A DNA stretch of 64,000 bases, taken from the NCBI GenBank assembly GCA_030704615.1, contig CM060732.1:77066001-77130000 (forward strand). The letters are read 5' to 3'. Both the position numbers and the translations under genes were made by a program. How positions within the stretch are numbered: the stretch's first letter is position 1; the number at the start of each line of letters is the position of its first letter. Shown in pieces: positions 49,397 through 62,992 of this stretch. This DNA is from Takakia lepidozioides. Lineage: Eukaryota > Plantae > Bryophyta. The notes beneath the pieces were generated by a model that saw only the letters and a program-made list of their open reading frames with translations, was not told the DNA's origin and ran no database searches.

Positions 49397-52300
49397 TTGT
49401 CGGTGTAGCAAATGGCAAACTAAAACCAGAAGACATTAGATCCCCCCGCATTCTAGGGGTCTAGGGGTCTAGGGGCCCATGCAGCCACTATATCAGGATT
49501 TGCGGATTTTAGTATCCTGATTGAAAAACAATCGTAATTGACTGTTAAAATTGTAATACAATTGAAAACCCATAAAAAGTGCGACTAGCACCATGAATAA
49601 ACAGCATGAATGTTTTGCATGCTTGACAGGTCGTGCTGACGAGGTGCATCATGTCGTGTGTAGATTACGCTCAGTACCTGCCTCACATTGCGAGAGAGGA
49701 TCGGAGATCGAGAAGAGAAGGTGTAAGTTATCATGGCATCTCTCAAGGAAAGTGGGATGGGATCAATAGAATCCTGCTAGAAATTGATATTTTTGCTGGA
49801 TGCAGACTCTTGAACGATAATGGTCATCTGTGAACTCTTCAACAGATCTAGAGTTGCTTCACCCATCGCATGGGCGCACGGCTCAGTCAGGGGGTAGTGT
49901 TGCTGACAAGATGATTGCTACCATTTTGGTTGGGACAGAATCATTTCCTGGTTTTGAAGATGCTTTGAGTAAATTGATAAGTTTAGCAAGAGTTTGCATC
50001 AGTGTTTTTCTTTTCTGGGGAAAAACCGCCCTGGAAATGGGTCAGCTACGTGTACAATGAATTATGGGGTGATAAAATTCAAAAATTCTGCCAGCAAGCG
50101 CCAGTAGTTGAAATTAGGAGCCTGACATCATGGACCTATTATATGGCCGCTTTTCTAACTCTGCCACCAGTTTATTCTGGCCACATGGTGGCTGGGTAGA
50201 ATTACATGTGGCCCTGTAGCCTGCAGTTGCCTATGAGCGGAGCATTGCACTTACAACTGATGAATTGTTGCGCACACCCCCAATACAAAGGTAGAGTACC
50301 TATGTTAGTTTGTTGAATAAGCTTTTTGTGCATTTCACTCTACAGATTTTTTTTCTTAAAACTCAGTTTAATATTTTGAGGTTTTTGGTGATCATCAGCT
50401 CGTACCGTATATTTATTTATTGATAATGAGCAATCAGCTATCAGCAATGAGCAATTGCCATTAAGCAATCAGCTATGAGCAAGTATTTGCTGAAGTCACA
50501 AAGCAAAAGCCTTCGCTTTGAAAAATTGTTAATATGTTATCCACTATTGGATGAAGTGTTTGATGTTAACCGGCCCCACTCCTGAAGCTTTAATGACAAG
50601 GGATTTGTCTAGAGTATGATGCAAAAAACAAAAGCTACGACCTACAAAAAAAATATCTTAGATCTCTCATTTACGTTTTGGGCCTGAAAAGGGCTGTTGA
50701 CCGCTGACGTGGCATGTAAACAAGCCCAAAACAGATTGCACTCCAAAGGCCATTTTTGGCAGAAAATTAGCAATTTTGGAAAAAGAACTTCACCTTGTGG
50801 TGTGTGAGCATTACATACACACATCCACCATTGGCTTTTTAAACATTTGTAGAAAAAAAAGTACTTCATTTGGAGGCACATTTTCTCTTGTCAATTTTGA
50901 GATTTCAACCCCCATGTAATTGCATGCATAGCAAGCATAGGTGAAAAAATCAGTTGGACCTGCAATTTAGTGGGGTCATAGCCACTCCACTATTGATTTG
51001 GAAATGGTGAGTCTTGGGGCAAGCAAAATTGGATAAAGCTAGGTTTTAATTTGGTCAAACCAATTTTTTTCTCACTTTTCTTTGGGACCTGATATTTGAG
51101 GTCCGGGCCAACGTTATAATCTCACAATTTCCAGGATGGACTTGGCTCATTTTTTGGTATGTCATGCATAAATGAGCTGGGCCCACTGCTATAAGGTTGG
51201 AATCTCTGGATGATTTTTGGTAGGTTTCTAGGGGCAATTTACTGCAGCTGGGTACCCAAAAAGTCAATAAAGGGCTTGGGAACTTACGGGTTAATATTCA
51301 GAGTTTGACTGACTATAGTGCTTCATATGAATCTAGACATAAAATTGCAATATCGCTTCGATCTATTGGTGGATCTTAGTTCTTTTGTCAATTTGAGTCT
51401 TGTAGACTTTCCAAGCCAACTGTAGTAGTTTTTACTCTACGTGTAGTATTAGGAATGATTCCCTCTTCTACATATTTGTGGGTGTGATTGTTTATAACCG
51501 GATTTTTATTTTCAGTGAAAACTTAACGTATATATTATGTATTTTCAATGAATTTTATGTAAATATTATTATTAAAATATTACCAAGTTTTGTATATAAA
51601 GATTAGAAATTTATTAGATTTGAAGCTGGACTCTATAGTACATGTCAAAGTTAGTGACCCAAATAACATGGTACATCTATAATGTTCTTTTTCTTTAAAA
51701 TATCTCACTTATTTTTTCTAATATCTTAGAACTTACCCCTAATTTGGGGTGGGATTAGGATATCCATAAATCCATGTCAACCAACTTTCGCTCAGTAGAC
51801 ATTGCAACATAAATCAATACAATTGTTTAAAAAAAAATTGAGTAACAAAAAACAAAATAGTAATAGTGGTAATTCTGTCTATTTGATAACAGAAAATCTC
51901 AAATTGGCCCCTTGTCGGTTGGTGGGATTTGTGCAACTGCTGTATCCCTGGCCAATCCTCTCCTCTTTTAACTTGGGTTTGCTCTTCCTGCTCATGATAA
52001 GCGAACGAAATTCTTCTCCATCCTTTCAGCCCATCTCTTCAAGGTGCTCCCTTATGCCTGCAGGTTCATCTTCCCCCATGAATCTCTCTCTCCACTCTTG
52101 GAATATAACTAGGGATTTAGGATCTGATGCTGGTGTCCCTAGGTTGAAGAGGTGGACCACCTCTCTCCCCCTGTCTCATGCTATCATTCTTCTTTAGGAA
52201 CATAAATTAAACCCTTTTAAAATTGCCGCGCTAGGCAATCAGGTCTGGTCAGCTGCTTCTGCAGCTTGGTGGAACGCCATATATGAGTTCTGGGGGGTGG

Positions 52301-54896
52301 CACTGCCATTCTCGTTCGCCCTTCTCTTCTCCCTCTTCTCTCCCTCTGATTCCACATGGATGCATGGCAGGAGCCTAGTGTTTGATATTAAATACTCCCA
52401 ACAACGCCGGGCTGTTGGGAATAACAAATGTCTATGCTCATAACTCGCCTCTGGACCGGCCCCAGGTTTGGTGCTTAATTAGATCTCGAGTCTTGGCCTT
52501 GGTCTTGGCACTGGATTCTTGCAGGTAATTTCAACATGGTTGAGTCTCGAGTCCCCCTCTGATATACTGGGTAATGAATCTCATGAACTTTCTTTTTTTG
52601 ATATTCAAGAATGGGAAGCACTGATACTTGCAGGTTGGTCTGGGTATTACCCAATCTTTCAAGATATATGCCTTCTGGCCCTCTGTCCTAGTGGTTATTT
52701 TTTCAGGACTCATTTTCAATATGAATTACAAGGCTTCCTCCCCATTTAATTTAAAAAACAAACGAAAAAGAAAAAAATAATAGTGTTGATATGATCATCC
52801 ACTTTCATCATTTCACAATCCAATCCATCAAGTAGCTAGTTTGTTTGTTTTGTTTTGTAGCATTGAGATGTCCCAAAGCAGGGGCCCACCCCAAGTGCTT
52901 GGTACCCTTGGAAAGCCCTCCATGATGATGCGCGGGCTTGGATTTTTGGACCTGGTGTGGGAGATGTGGAATTTCAAGTACTTTTGGTCATAGGAAATTC
53001 ATGAAAAACAGCAAAGTGGGCTTTCCTGGCACAATGATTGGAACCTCGACATGAGATATATCAATAATGATCGAAAAAATGAAAAAATAAAATAAATTGG
53101 GCCTTGACATGGGAGACGTACTAGTTTGATTCATAGGATATTGCACTTGGGCTTAGATGACACTGGACACTTGGGCCAACGGCACAAAGCTACCTAAATT
53201 ATGATAATTTCGCAGGCGGTGTTTGTTGCACTACACTTTACAACACTAATTTTTATTTTTATTTTATTTTTTAAAAACAAAGAAAAAGAGGATAGGTGGA
53301 CGCGTTGCCGAAGCAAGCGTAACTTATGGTGTCACTTGACCCCATAGGCCTACTGCCTTCCGGTGGGAAGGTGGACACCGTATATGACTTCCAAGAAGTG
53401 GATTGAACCCATAACCACTCGTGAGAGGGTTACAACACTAATATATTATAATGATAACTCCAAAACTAGGGTAGGCATCCAATACAATTACATTTCTTCA
53501 TTATGGAAACTTTTTAGATGAGTATTATAAAATGTACTATTAACCCTTTAAACGTCCACTAGGCCCAAAATGGGCTTTAGGGCCTATTTGAATGTAAATT
53601 ACTTTTCCAGATCTGCTTCAATTCTTATGAAATTAGTGCCACACAATGGCCTTGTCGTGCATTGCCAGGATTGGGCACTTGATTTCTCTATTTTGGAGAA
53701 GGGGTCAGGTTTTGATGAAGGCAACTGTCTTTTTTTCATGCTAAGATTTCTTCACACGTGTGTGAGAGGGTTACTATTAGGGGATTTGCCCAGGTTTGAC
53801 TAAGTGGCAGCACTACATGAGTTGGCCAAATTGGATTGTTTCTGGGCTTGTTGGATGAGGGATCCCAAAGGGACAAAGTCCTACTAATCTTGCCTGGATC
53901 CAAGTTGATCCCGTCCCACACTCAAAATCTTTAAAAAATGGCTAAAAAAATGAAATGTTTCTCCAATGGGCCCCAATAATTGGCCCCATATTCAAAGGTG
54001 GTGTTTGGTGGATGTGGGGTACCCTAAAAATTGGCTGGTGGATGCAAGAGGAAGATGGTGCACATTAGAAAAGGCCCGGGAGTTTAATGCGACCCCTTCG
54101 GTCCTGCCTGCGTGGCACCCCCTTCGCCGGCTCCTGCGCGGCTCGCGGTCGCTGCGCCCCCTCGCCCCCGCGCCACCCCACCCCTCACCCCCCCCCCCCC
54201 CCCCGCGCCCCGCGGGCCGTCACCACACCACATGAACTCTGTGGCACATGACACCTTTACCACAACCCAACATCGTGCGCGGGACACATCGCATGACGAA
54301 AGATGGATGGGATGCAACATGATCCATGTGCTGCAATCACCCATGATGATGGATGGCTTGACATGACATGATGTGACACATACTCATATATGGCCGTAGG
54401 GAGATCGCGATGATCATGCTTTCGTGCTTTTCGCATCCAGTTCGCACGCACATGGTGGACCTGTCGATTCGAATGCGGCCCTTCAGCTGTCACTCCCCAC
54501 GTCGATGCTTGATTGATTTAATTCATTGCAGCCACATGACAGGTTTTCCAAGCTTCCTGGCGTTTGCATGGCCCGAAATGTATGATCCCGGCGGAAGCGG
54601 TGTTATAAGCACTTCCTTGAGGAGTATGCATTGCGGCTGTTATAAACTGTTGACTGAGTTGTGGCGGTGAAGCGATTACTCATTCGACTTGAGTATAGGG
54701 TTTCTTTTTGGAGAATGTGGAAGTCATTCGTGTGATTTGCAGCTATTTTCTTCCTCTTGCTTGCCATTTCTGTCTGTTGCAGTCCATTTGCATGCTTCAT
54801 GTTTTAGTTTGAGTTCTTGCTTTCACATTCCAGCAACTTTTGCTTTGCTGGAGGATTCTTCAGGAGGAGGGTAGTGGATTTGGAGTGGGCGCCGAT

Positions 54897-57800
54897 ATGG
54901 TGAAACAATCCTCCATGCGCGAAGCGCGTCGGACATACAATGAAACGTACGACTCTGATGAGTGGGAAAATCTCATATGCGAGGCTCACTCAGAGGCAAG
55001 GGTTGAGCAACCCGGTGATGATAATAGGAAGCCATTCAAGTGTATCCACTGTCTTAAGCAATATAAAGATAAGAAGAAACTTAACATTCACAGGATAAAC
55101 GGCTGTGATGCTACTGTGGGAAAGGGTGGGCCTAAACTGAAAATGTACCCTGTTTTTTTAAAAGGGGCAGAGGCGAGGGTGTTCTTAGTAAACACGGGAT
55201 GAAGCCTCCTTCCTGCAAGTTGATGAAGACGAGGGTAGAACGCAAGGAGACGACGGCAGAAGAGACTACACGAGAACCTAAGCGTAGGAAGCACATGAGT
55301 CTTCGGAAGGAGCCGGGAGTGGACCTTGACGATGATGATGACGATGACAATTTCCTGTTGTTGGACGCACCACCTGCGCTGCCACAGCAGACTGTTAGAC
55401 CTCAGCACATTCAAAAGGACTCATTGGACGCACCTCTGCCATCATAGGAAAGTCTTCCATCTGAGCGCATTGTAAACTCTACGTTTGTACGACCTCCTGC
55501 CGTGCCACAGCAAAGTCTTCGACCCGAAGTGCACGTTGGAGTTGCATCTTCAGATAGACAAGATGGCAGACCTCCAGTGCACGTTCTGAAGTCCACAACC
55601 CTTGCACCGCTAAGTAGAGAAGAGGCAAGGGAAGGCTTTGTCAAGACGTCGTTGCTACTGACCTCGGATATTGTTGTGCCTCCCATACCCGCACCTGTTT
55701 CATGCCCAGGACTGACCTATCTGATGAAGTTCAACTTGTTGCCCGACGGATTTCCATTTCTGGATGAGCCTTCTTTTCTCAATCGTCTTGTGGCTCTTAT
55801 TGGGAAATTTGAGTTTGGGGACCAAATGATGGGCAACGCTTTTGGTCAATGGTGGCTTAAACGACGGGTAACACACCTTCTTCTTGGCCTGCACCTTCAT
55901 GGTCACAACTCCTTCTTTGATGATGTGTGTCTTTGCATTTTGTTTGAAGTTGCCTTTCAAGTTTAGGGTTTTTGGTCACTCTTCCTCTATTACTGACCAG
56001 CTCCATGACTCTGCAATGGCGGGGGAGTAGTTTGATGCACCTCTAGAGGAGAAGACAGCTGTGGAAAATGTGGTGGAGCTATTTGCCATACGTCCTGGAG
56101 TAACTCGTGACCATCCCGCTCAGTTGGCGGAATGCCAACTAGTGATGGCACATCACAAGTATGCCATGGCATTGCTGGATTTCGAAATGAAATTGCTCGT
56201 AGAAGGCAGTTTGTTGACGACAACATGGCAAAATGGGATAGAGAACAATATGATGAGAAACAGGAGGGAATCTAGGGTTGGTCCCCTCTGTACCAAATTG
56301 TTGCAACAGGTGAGATCCCTGAGTTGCCCCCCGATATGTTCACACATTCTGAGGATGAATCTGATAGGTTGATGGTCATTCTTGAGGTTGCTCGCCACCA
56401 CGCTCCACCTCCAAACATTCCGCTTTTCAGCAGGGTGTTCCGTCTTGGTTTGGATGTCTCACGTTCACAACATGAAACCTATGTCAATTCCCCGAAACTC
56501 CATCTTGTTACCTCTCCAAAATCATCTTCTCAACACAGAAGCTGGCCAGTGTGCCATTACAAATGCGGGTGAGAATTTCCTGCAGATTGGATACTTCCTG
56601 TACAGAGGCATGCCCCCATATGAGGAAGCCCGAACCCAAGTGCGTGAAGGGCTTGCAGCCCTTCGGGGAGTACGGAAAGAGGACTACGAACACCTTTTTG
56701 AAGATCTGCATTGTTTCATGCGCGAGGTCCGATGCAGGGCTGTGCGTGACCTCGCCGTTCTGAATCCTATTGCCTTCAGAATATTGTGGTGTGGGAGTAT
56801 ACCAACTGATGGTGCAGGGGGCAAGAAAAAAGCCTTGAAGGACTTCAACAAAATTTTGAAGCATCGGGAAGATGTCGACATGGGCTGGCTTCCTTGTCCA
56901 CCAGGTGTGTATTGCCCTTACCATGGTTCGTGCTACTGCATTTCAGTTCCCGGTGGTTCTTAACAATGTCCCTGGTGTTGTTCTTATTTCATTTCTTGTC
57001 ACGGCCACATTTTCACAATGCCGGTGTTGGTGTGCAGGCTGTCTTGACTACGGGGAATCCAGCCTACATGACAAACTTGAGGCTGCCCGACAAATCCTCC
57101 ATGAGGTCCACATTGAGAGGCTCGCAAGGGATGAGGCACGTTTCTGCAATGCCAAGTGTGGACATAAGGAGGCGGCTGTCCTTGAACCGCAGTCAAGCGC
57201 ACTCGTTCACCTGAGTACAAATACGAAATGGGGGCACTCATTTTGGCCGCTAACATGGCATGCAATTCCACACCTTCTGGTGAGGCCAACAATGTCGTGG
57301 TAGAACATGTGTTGTCAGATCCTGTCCTCCCTCAGGCCCAAACGATCCTGCCTGCTGAAGAAACTTGTGGCGACATACAGTGCCCACTACCAGGTCCCAT
57401 GACTCAACTTGAAATGGAACTAAGCGCCACTTAGGTATTTCATGGAGTGTGTCGACCGCCTCCCCCTGTGGCCTCTTTCACTTCAGAACAAACCCTCTGT
57501 GACATAACTGAGTTCCAAAGTCCACCACCCCTTAATATGCGATGTCCCACTGATGAGGGTGCTATTGTATATGCAGTAAGCACTGTTGGATCTTCCGTTA
57601 CCCCAACTACCTCAGTGCTTAAACATGGGACAGAGCCTCCCACCCCCAATGCGATGGTTCTCGCACTGCCTTCGCCCATGCGACCTTACCAAATCTTGTT
57701 TGATGGTGCTGATACACCTCACAGTACAGAGGCTACTACACGATTTCATGGTGTTGTGCATGGCAGCGTCCGGGCATTGAATAAAAATGCAACCACTGCC

Positions 57801-59373
57801 ACCTTTGCCAAACCCAAGCCCATCCATACCATGGTTGCTGCCAAGGCAAAGGATGCGTTGCCCCAACCAGCACTTGCATTGCAACGCAACAAAATCATGT
57901 CCAGGTATCCAGTGCCATTGTGGTTTTTTTTTAATGTTAATGGTCTCTCCTCTCCAGATTGGAAATGGTGTATGTACGACATTGCACATGCATTGACATA
58001 TTGGGCTCTTGGATGTGCAGGATACATGAAGGCCTCGAAAACGTATTGTGAGTTGCGACGCATGTGCACCCTTTTTCATGCATGATATGGTATACCTTCC
58101 ATCCACAGTTTGCAAGTCACGGCCCGCATGTGCATAATTATGTGGGCGGATTCTCATAGCAATGAGGTATGTGCCTTTTTTGCAGGCGGGCCAGTGGTGC
58201 AGTGGTGGCAAAAACACATGACATATGGTTTTTGAAGGGCTCTCGGGTTTCGCAAGTTCCTCTTAGACTAGAAGATGCAGATGACTTGCTCTCTGCAAGG
58301 GGGTGGATTAGTGACCGTCTGATGGACTTCTGGGTGTCAATTAAAATATTTTCTCTTCCTGAACATGTGTGCAATAAAATCCATGTTGTAGATAGCTTCA
58401 CATGGATATGCCTTCACGATCATTGTGCAAAGCAGACAAATCAAGTCGACTCTGTGCGGATTTGGATGCAAAGACGGTTCCCCTTCTTCAGGAGTGAGGG
58501 TGTTGAAGCCCTTATTGTGCCAATTTTATGCAAGTGAGTACAATGTGTATGCATTTCTACCTTCTTGTTGTCGTACCTTTGAAGAAGGTCGTGCTCCATT
58601 GCTACATGTCGACTAACCGGCTATTGTTGCCCCCCTGTGCAGTGACCATTGGAGTCTGGTTATCTTGGAACCGTCTCGCTACCTTCACTTGAATAGCATA
58701 AGAAGTTTGCACAAGTACCGTGCTTTCAAGCCATTGTTTGCTACTTTCTGGGCCATGGTCAGAGGAATCAGCGCAGGAAGCCCCCAGTGGAAGGATGCGA
58801 CTGACCTCAAGCGGTGGTTTTGCCCGCCTGTTCCACAGCAGGCCAACACATGGCAGTGTGGTCTGTTTGTAGCTCATTACATTGAGCTGTACTTAGTGCA
58901 AACGTACCTGAATCCACAACCTGGTGGTGCAGGCCCGGTAAGAGGCAGCTGCTCGTGGTTTACATGATCATTTGCTGCCTATTTTAGTTGTGGACGTTCA
59001 TGTGCTCGCGCAATGTGCTGAATCCATGTATCAGGTAGAATGAACATGAATATCCTTACGAAAATTGTATGCATTTGTAACAATGATCATTGCTTGTTCA
59101 TTGTTTGTTTTTGCATTCTTTGTTCTTCTTTCTTTGCAGCTCACATCAAACTGGTTCCCTACTGAGGCCGTGCGCAAGAAAAGATATGAACTTCAAGACA
59201 TGATTTTGCACGAGCTTGACGGTCACCCATCGCACGAGCCTCCATATGTAGTGCCCAAACCCCCACGCAAAGTTGGAGATTGCAGCAGCCCTGTCCTCCC
59301 TGTGGCCACCACTCCAGCTCCCCTCACACGCAGACGGTGTAAACGAGCCAGGAATGTCAGCAAAGCGTTGTGA
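54897..59373 (+). pseudogene. Multi-exon, partly disrupted gene with an N-terminal C2HC zinc finger and a C-terminal Ulp1/SENP (peptidase C48) domain. Protease exons 58186-58533, 58643-58937, 59140-59373
   Basis: FKCIHCLKQYKDKKKLNIHRINGC; GWISDRLMDFW..IHVVDSFTW..LIVPILCN|DHWSLVIL..YLHLNS..VPQQANTWQCGLFVAHYIE|..NWFPTEAVRKKRYELQDMI. Stops and frameshifts occur in the 5' half. Confidence 0.75.
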
Positions 59374-59995
59374 CATTGGATACAATTGGCTACAAAAAGT
59401 ATTATTTATTAATTGTCTACCTTTCTGCGTTGATTTTTGTGGTCCTTTGCTTCCCACAACTGTGTCTTATTCTTCTTACATGCAGCACATTTCCGACCGT
59501 CAGTGCACGTTCTCTGCTTTGTTTTGCAAGTTCGCTTCAGTCCCTCTTTCCTACCCCTAGTCAGCCCTTCTCTACATTGGGGTATGCTATTTCGGGATGT
59601 CTCTTCCTTCTCTCTAATGTTTTCGATTCAAGGGCATGCTGTTCAACATGATGGCAGCCAATGGGATCCCTGGTGCCCCACAATCTGCTCACACTCACTT
59701 CACAGTGCCACATTACTGTTCCGTTTCCTTGCTTACATGTATTTGTGCAGTGACATAATGCCCAATACTGAAGACTAGGACTGTTTCAACAAGTATATGT
59801 TGACAAGCACTGGTAACTGGGGTATTTCAATGTAGCCCTGCATGCAACACATGCCTACATTGCATAAACAAGCAAGCCAGGAACTGCATGTAAAGGAAAT
59901 TGGTAACACCCCGCACATACCATTCCATGCAACAATCGGTTATGGGCACAATGCACACCCCAGTGCAATCAGTCTTCCTCGCAATCACATAAATG

Positions 59996-60439
59996 TTATT
60001 GTGCTAGTGCCAGTGTGGCAATTGGTCTCTCAGCAATGATATTGAATATAATTCGTGCCAAGCACCTGTGCTCTACACGCCACGAGGTCCAGTGTGTTGC
60101 ACAATGGTGAATCAACGAAGTGTAGGGTTCTTTATGCGTGCCATTCGGATTTCCATAGTGATACATACACAGAGGGCACCTGATATCAGGCTCGGAAATA
60201 AACTCCACAGCGGCATGATGGTTGTCTATAATGCGCACCAACCGTGATTGCACCAACATACGAAATTCGGGACGTTGTGGTCCATACATTTCCATGTCTA
60301 TGGCACAATGTTTGAACACATGGGCCTCTCCATCCCCCATCTCTCTTTGCCGTTGTCTTTCATTCAAACACATGAAAGGATTGAATATGCTGATGTTTCC
60401 CCTCCTCGTATACTTGCTCTCCTCCATCTTCACCGAAGC
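59996..60439 (-). CDS. Small protein or last exon with an SGS3-type zf-XS zinc finger
   Basis: IRCPLC...YTSLIHHCATHWTSWRVEHRCLARII shows CxxC...H-x11-HRxLA, as in SGS3 (CPAC...LLAHARTKGARRVKLHRELAEVL). Confidence 0.6.
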   Translation of the reverse strand, partial: ASVKMEESKYTRRGNISIFNPFMCLNERQRQREMGDGEAHVFKHCAIDMEMYGPQRPEFRMLVQSRLVRIIDNHHAAVEFISEPDIRCPLCMYHYGNPNGTHKEPYTSLIHHCATHWTSWRVEHRCLARIIFNIIAERPIATLALAQ

Positions 60440-61229
60440 CTGTGCACTTCTCTACAACAATGGTGCCCGTCAACCAAAAAAGAAATAACTGTTCAAATGT
60501 CCTTTCATACTTCAGCCCCAATTTGTACCCATCCCTATCTCCCAAGGAATATACACTTCTTCTACTTCATCCACTTATGTGTTCTGATTTCAGGGTGCAC
60601 AAATGCAAGCCTGCCTTGCCAGCATCATGGGAGCTGCAAAATCATTCCTTTTGAATTTACATACTTCCCATGTGACCTGTATGTAGAAGGGTAAGTGACA
60701 CATAAGAAACGTCCCTTCCCTTCTACTAATTGCTTTAGGCCAATTGAATGTAATCTTGAAGGTATCACCCCAGGTAAGGAATATTACGAAAGCAAACAAT
60801 ATTATGCATAAATGCCTATTGGTTTCATATGCATTTCTGCATTTCTCAGCAAGTTCTGTGTGAACATATGGATGACTGTGGATTGAAGGGTGCCTTTACC
60901 AACTGTCAGGTACCCTTCATAATTGAATTTCACTAGCCCTCTTGAAGCTAGGGGACAAACACATGCAATCAGACCACACCGTGCTTGCTTCAGCAGCATT
61001 TGTTCAGATCTTCAGCATGGAACATGCACATTTGCATGCAACCCCTTATGCACTTCTGGTGCAAACGAGGCAGTACTGAATGACCAAGTAGTTCCTCTAG
61101 TTCAGCAATACTTATGAACTGCCCCACAAACTCCAGCCTCAGTTTTTGAAAGAGCAAACACATGCACTCAATTGGATCCCCACCTTAACCCGCCGACCGT
61201 GTCTTCTATGAAGCATTATCAATTACTTC

Positions 61230-62992
61230 TCAGATTTTGGCGTGGACGATCCTGCCCCACCTACAAGCTGAGAGGGCTGGACTGACTCTAAGAGCACCCA
61301 AGTCCTGCACCAGCTCATCCATGGCAGAAGTCTCATCGATGTCGGTTTTGTCAATCAAAAAAGCAGTAGTGGGAGTGAGCCCCAACGACCAACTAACACT
61401 ATGCTTTCCTCTCTCAACCCTATACTGCTTCTTTAGTCGCACTGTAAAGCTACCCTTCACCATCACGTTAGTTTTTATACCAGCGAGGGTCTTCTTCAGG
61501 TCCACAATGGGGACCTTGGATAGGAACCCGGTCTCGTCTACCTCCACAATGCTGAAGATCTTCTGAGGACTCCACAGGTTCACCTCCAACCACAAGTACT
61601 CCCCAGAAATCCGAGCCTTCGTGGTTGTGTCCACATGAAATCCTTTTGCATGTGCAGCACATGCAATCACATCCCAAATACACAAAGGAACCCCCATAGT
61701 AACATATTGCATAGCATATGACTTGGGGGCATTCGGCTTGTACAACAACACTATTCCTTCCAGACACACTGATTTCTCCATGCAGGAACCAAACAAAATG
61801 TTTGCAACAACAGTGCGTGTCCCTGCCAATCGCGGTTGCAGCACATCCGAGATATCGCGGGGATCTTCAATGGCAACTTCAATAAGACTGTCATTCGTAC
61901 CTAAATAGTATGCCATGACCTGAGTTCGTAATGAAAAGCAGCCCAAAGGAAGTTGGAAACCCCAGTACCAAAAACAAACGCCCTGAAATGTGTCTACCTT
62001 TGCCCAAACTTAAGTGCGAGTTGTTTTTTCAGTTGCAACTTAAGCTGCGATTGATCATATGCTAGTTCAAATGCGGTCTGCCAAGTCACCAACGACTAGA
62101 GCTGCGAAACCGCCAACCTTGCTACACTGCCACCCTCGGCCAAGACCAATTGGGAAAGCATTCATCAACATTCCGAAAGCAAAATCTTCATGAGGACGCT
62201 TAACCAGCCCTGGTCTCAAACGAGTGAGGTTCACCTCCACTGTATACTGCCTCCTTCAAAAACAATGAAGATATACATTACTGATTTTGAGAACTGAAGA
62301 AACTAAATATATGCCGCTTCCCATGTTTCACTGTTTTTTGGGGCTTTGAGGCAGATGGTCACATAAGCAGCTGTTCCGAGTGAGTCGGAATATTATTGGA
62401 TGGCGCGAAGGCTATAACCTATGCAGCCTTAAGAAAAGAAGAGGAGGAAAATGCAACCTCACTTTCTTAAACATCACAGACATTCAATTCATGAAATGCA
62501 CTCAATTCCGATTCTCACCGGTGGTAGCAACTGGATTCCGTTTCACAACAAAGATCAACCTCGTCGATTGCCGCTCCACATGAAGGCAGTTTAATGCAGT
62601 CGCAGCCTTCATCCACCCATTGAAACAAGGTAAGAATATGAAAACACTCGTTCTCCTTCGAAGGGTCCAGGCCCAAAGCATGTGGCCCCCACTCTTCGTT
62701 AGGAGCTCACAGGAATCTTGACCTGAGTACAACGGTGTTAGGCTGTTTTGCAGCTGCACTGTTGGTGTCATCGTAAAAGCCAGACCATCCCACTCTACCT
62801 GCAGATACATGTGCTGTAAGAATGATATCCCCTGCTGTGGGTTTTGACCAATCCACCAACGCTTCCAATCCAGAGATGCGAGTCCCCACGATGCCAGTAA
62901 TATCTCCTACCAACTCCTTGTGAGTATCGACATCAACAAAAGCTTCCTCTTGCAGCCAGGAGCTGCCTACTCCTTCTTGAGCGTCTGACATT
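61230..62992 (-). other. Unidentified ORFs, partly disrupted; the cleanest is 61230-61946 (238 aa, beta-rich, acidic tail)
   Basis: Long open frame with protein-like composition. No family recognised. Confidence 0.4.

Noticed and set aside
51880-52750. Possible LINE ORF2 C-terminal remnant
   Set aside because: Coding-like on the minus strand, but no diagnostic RT or endonuclease motif could be read.
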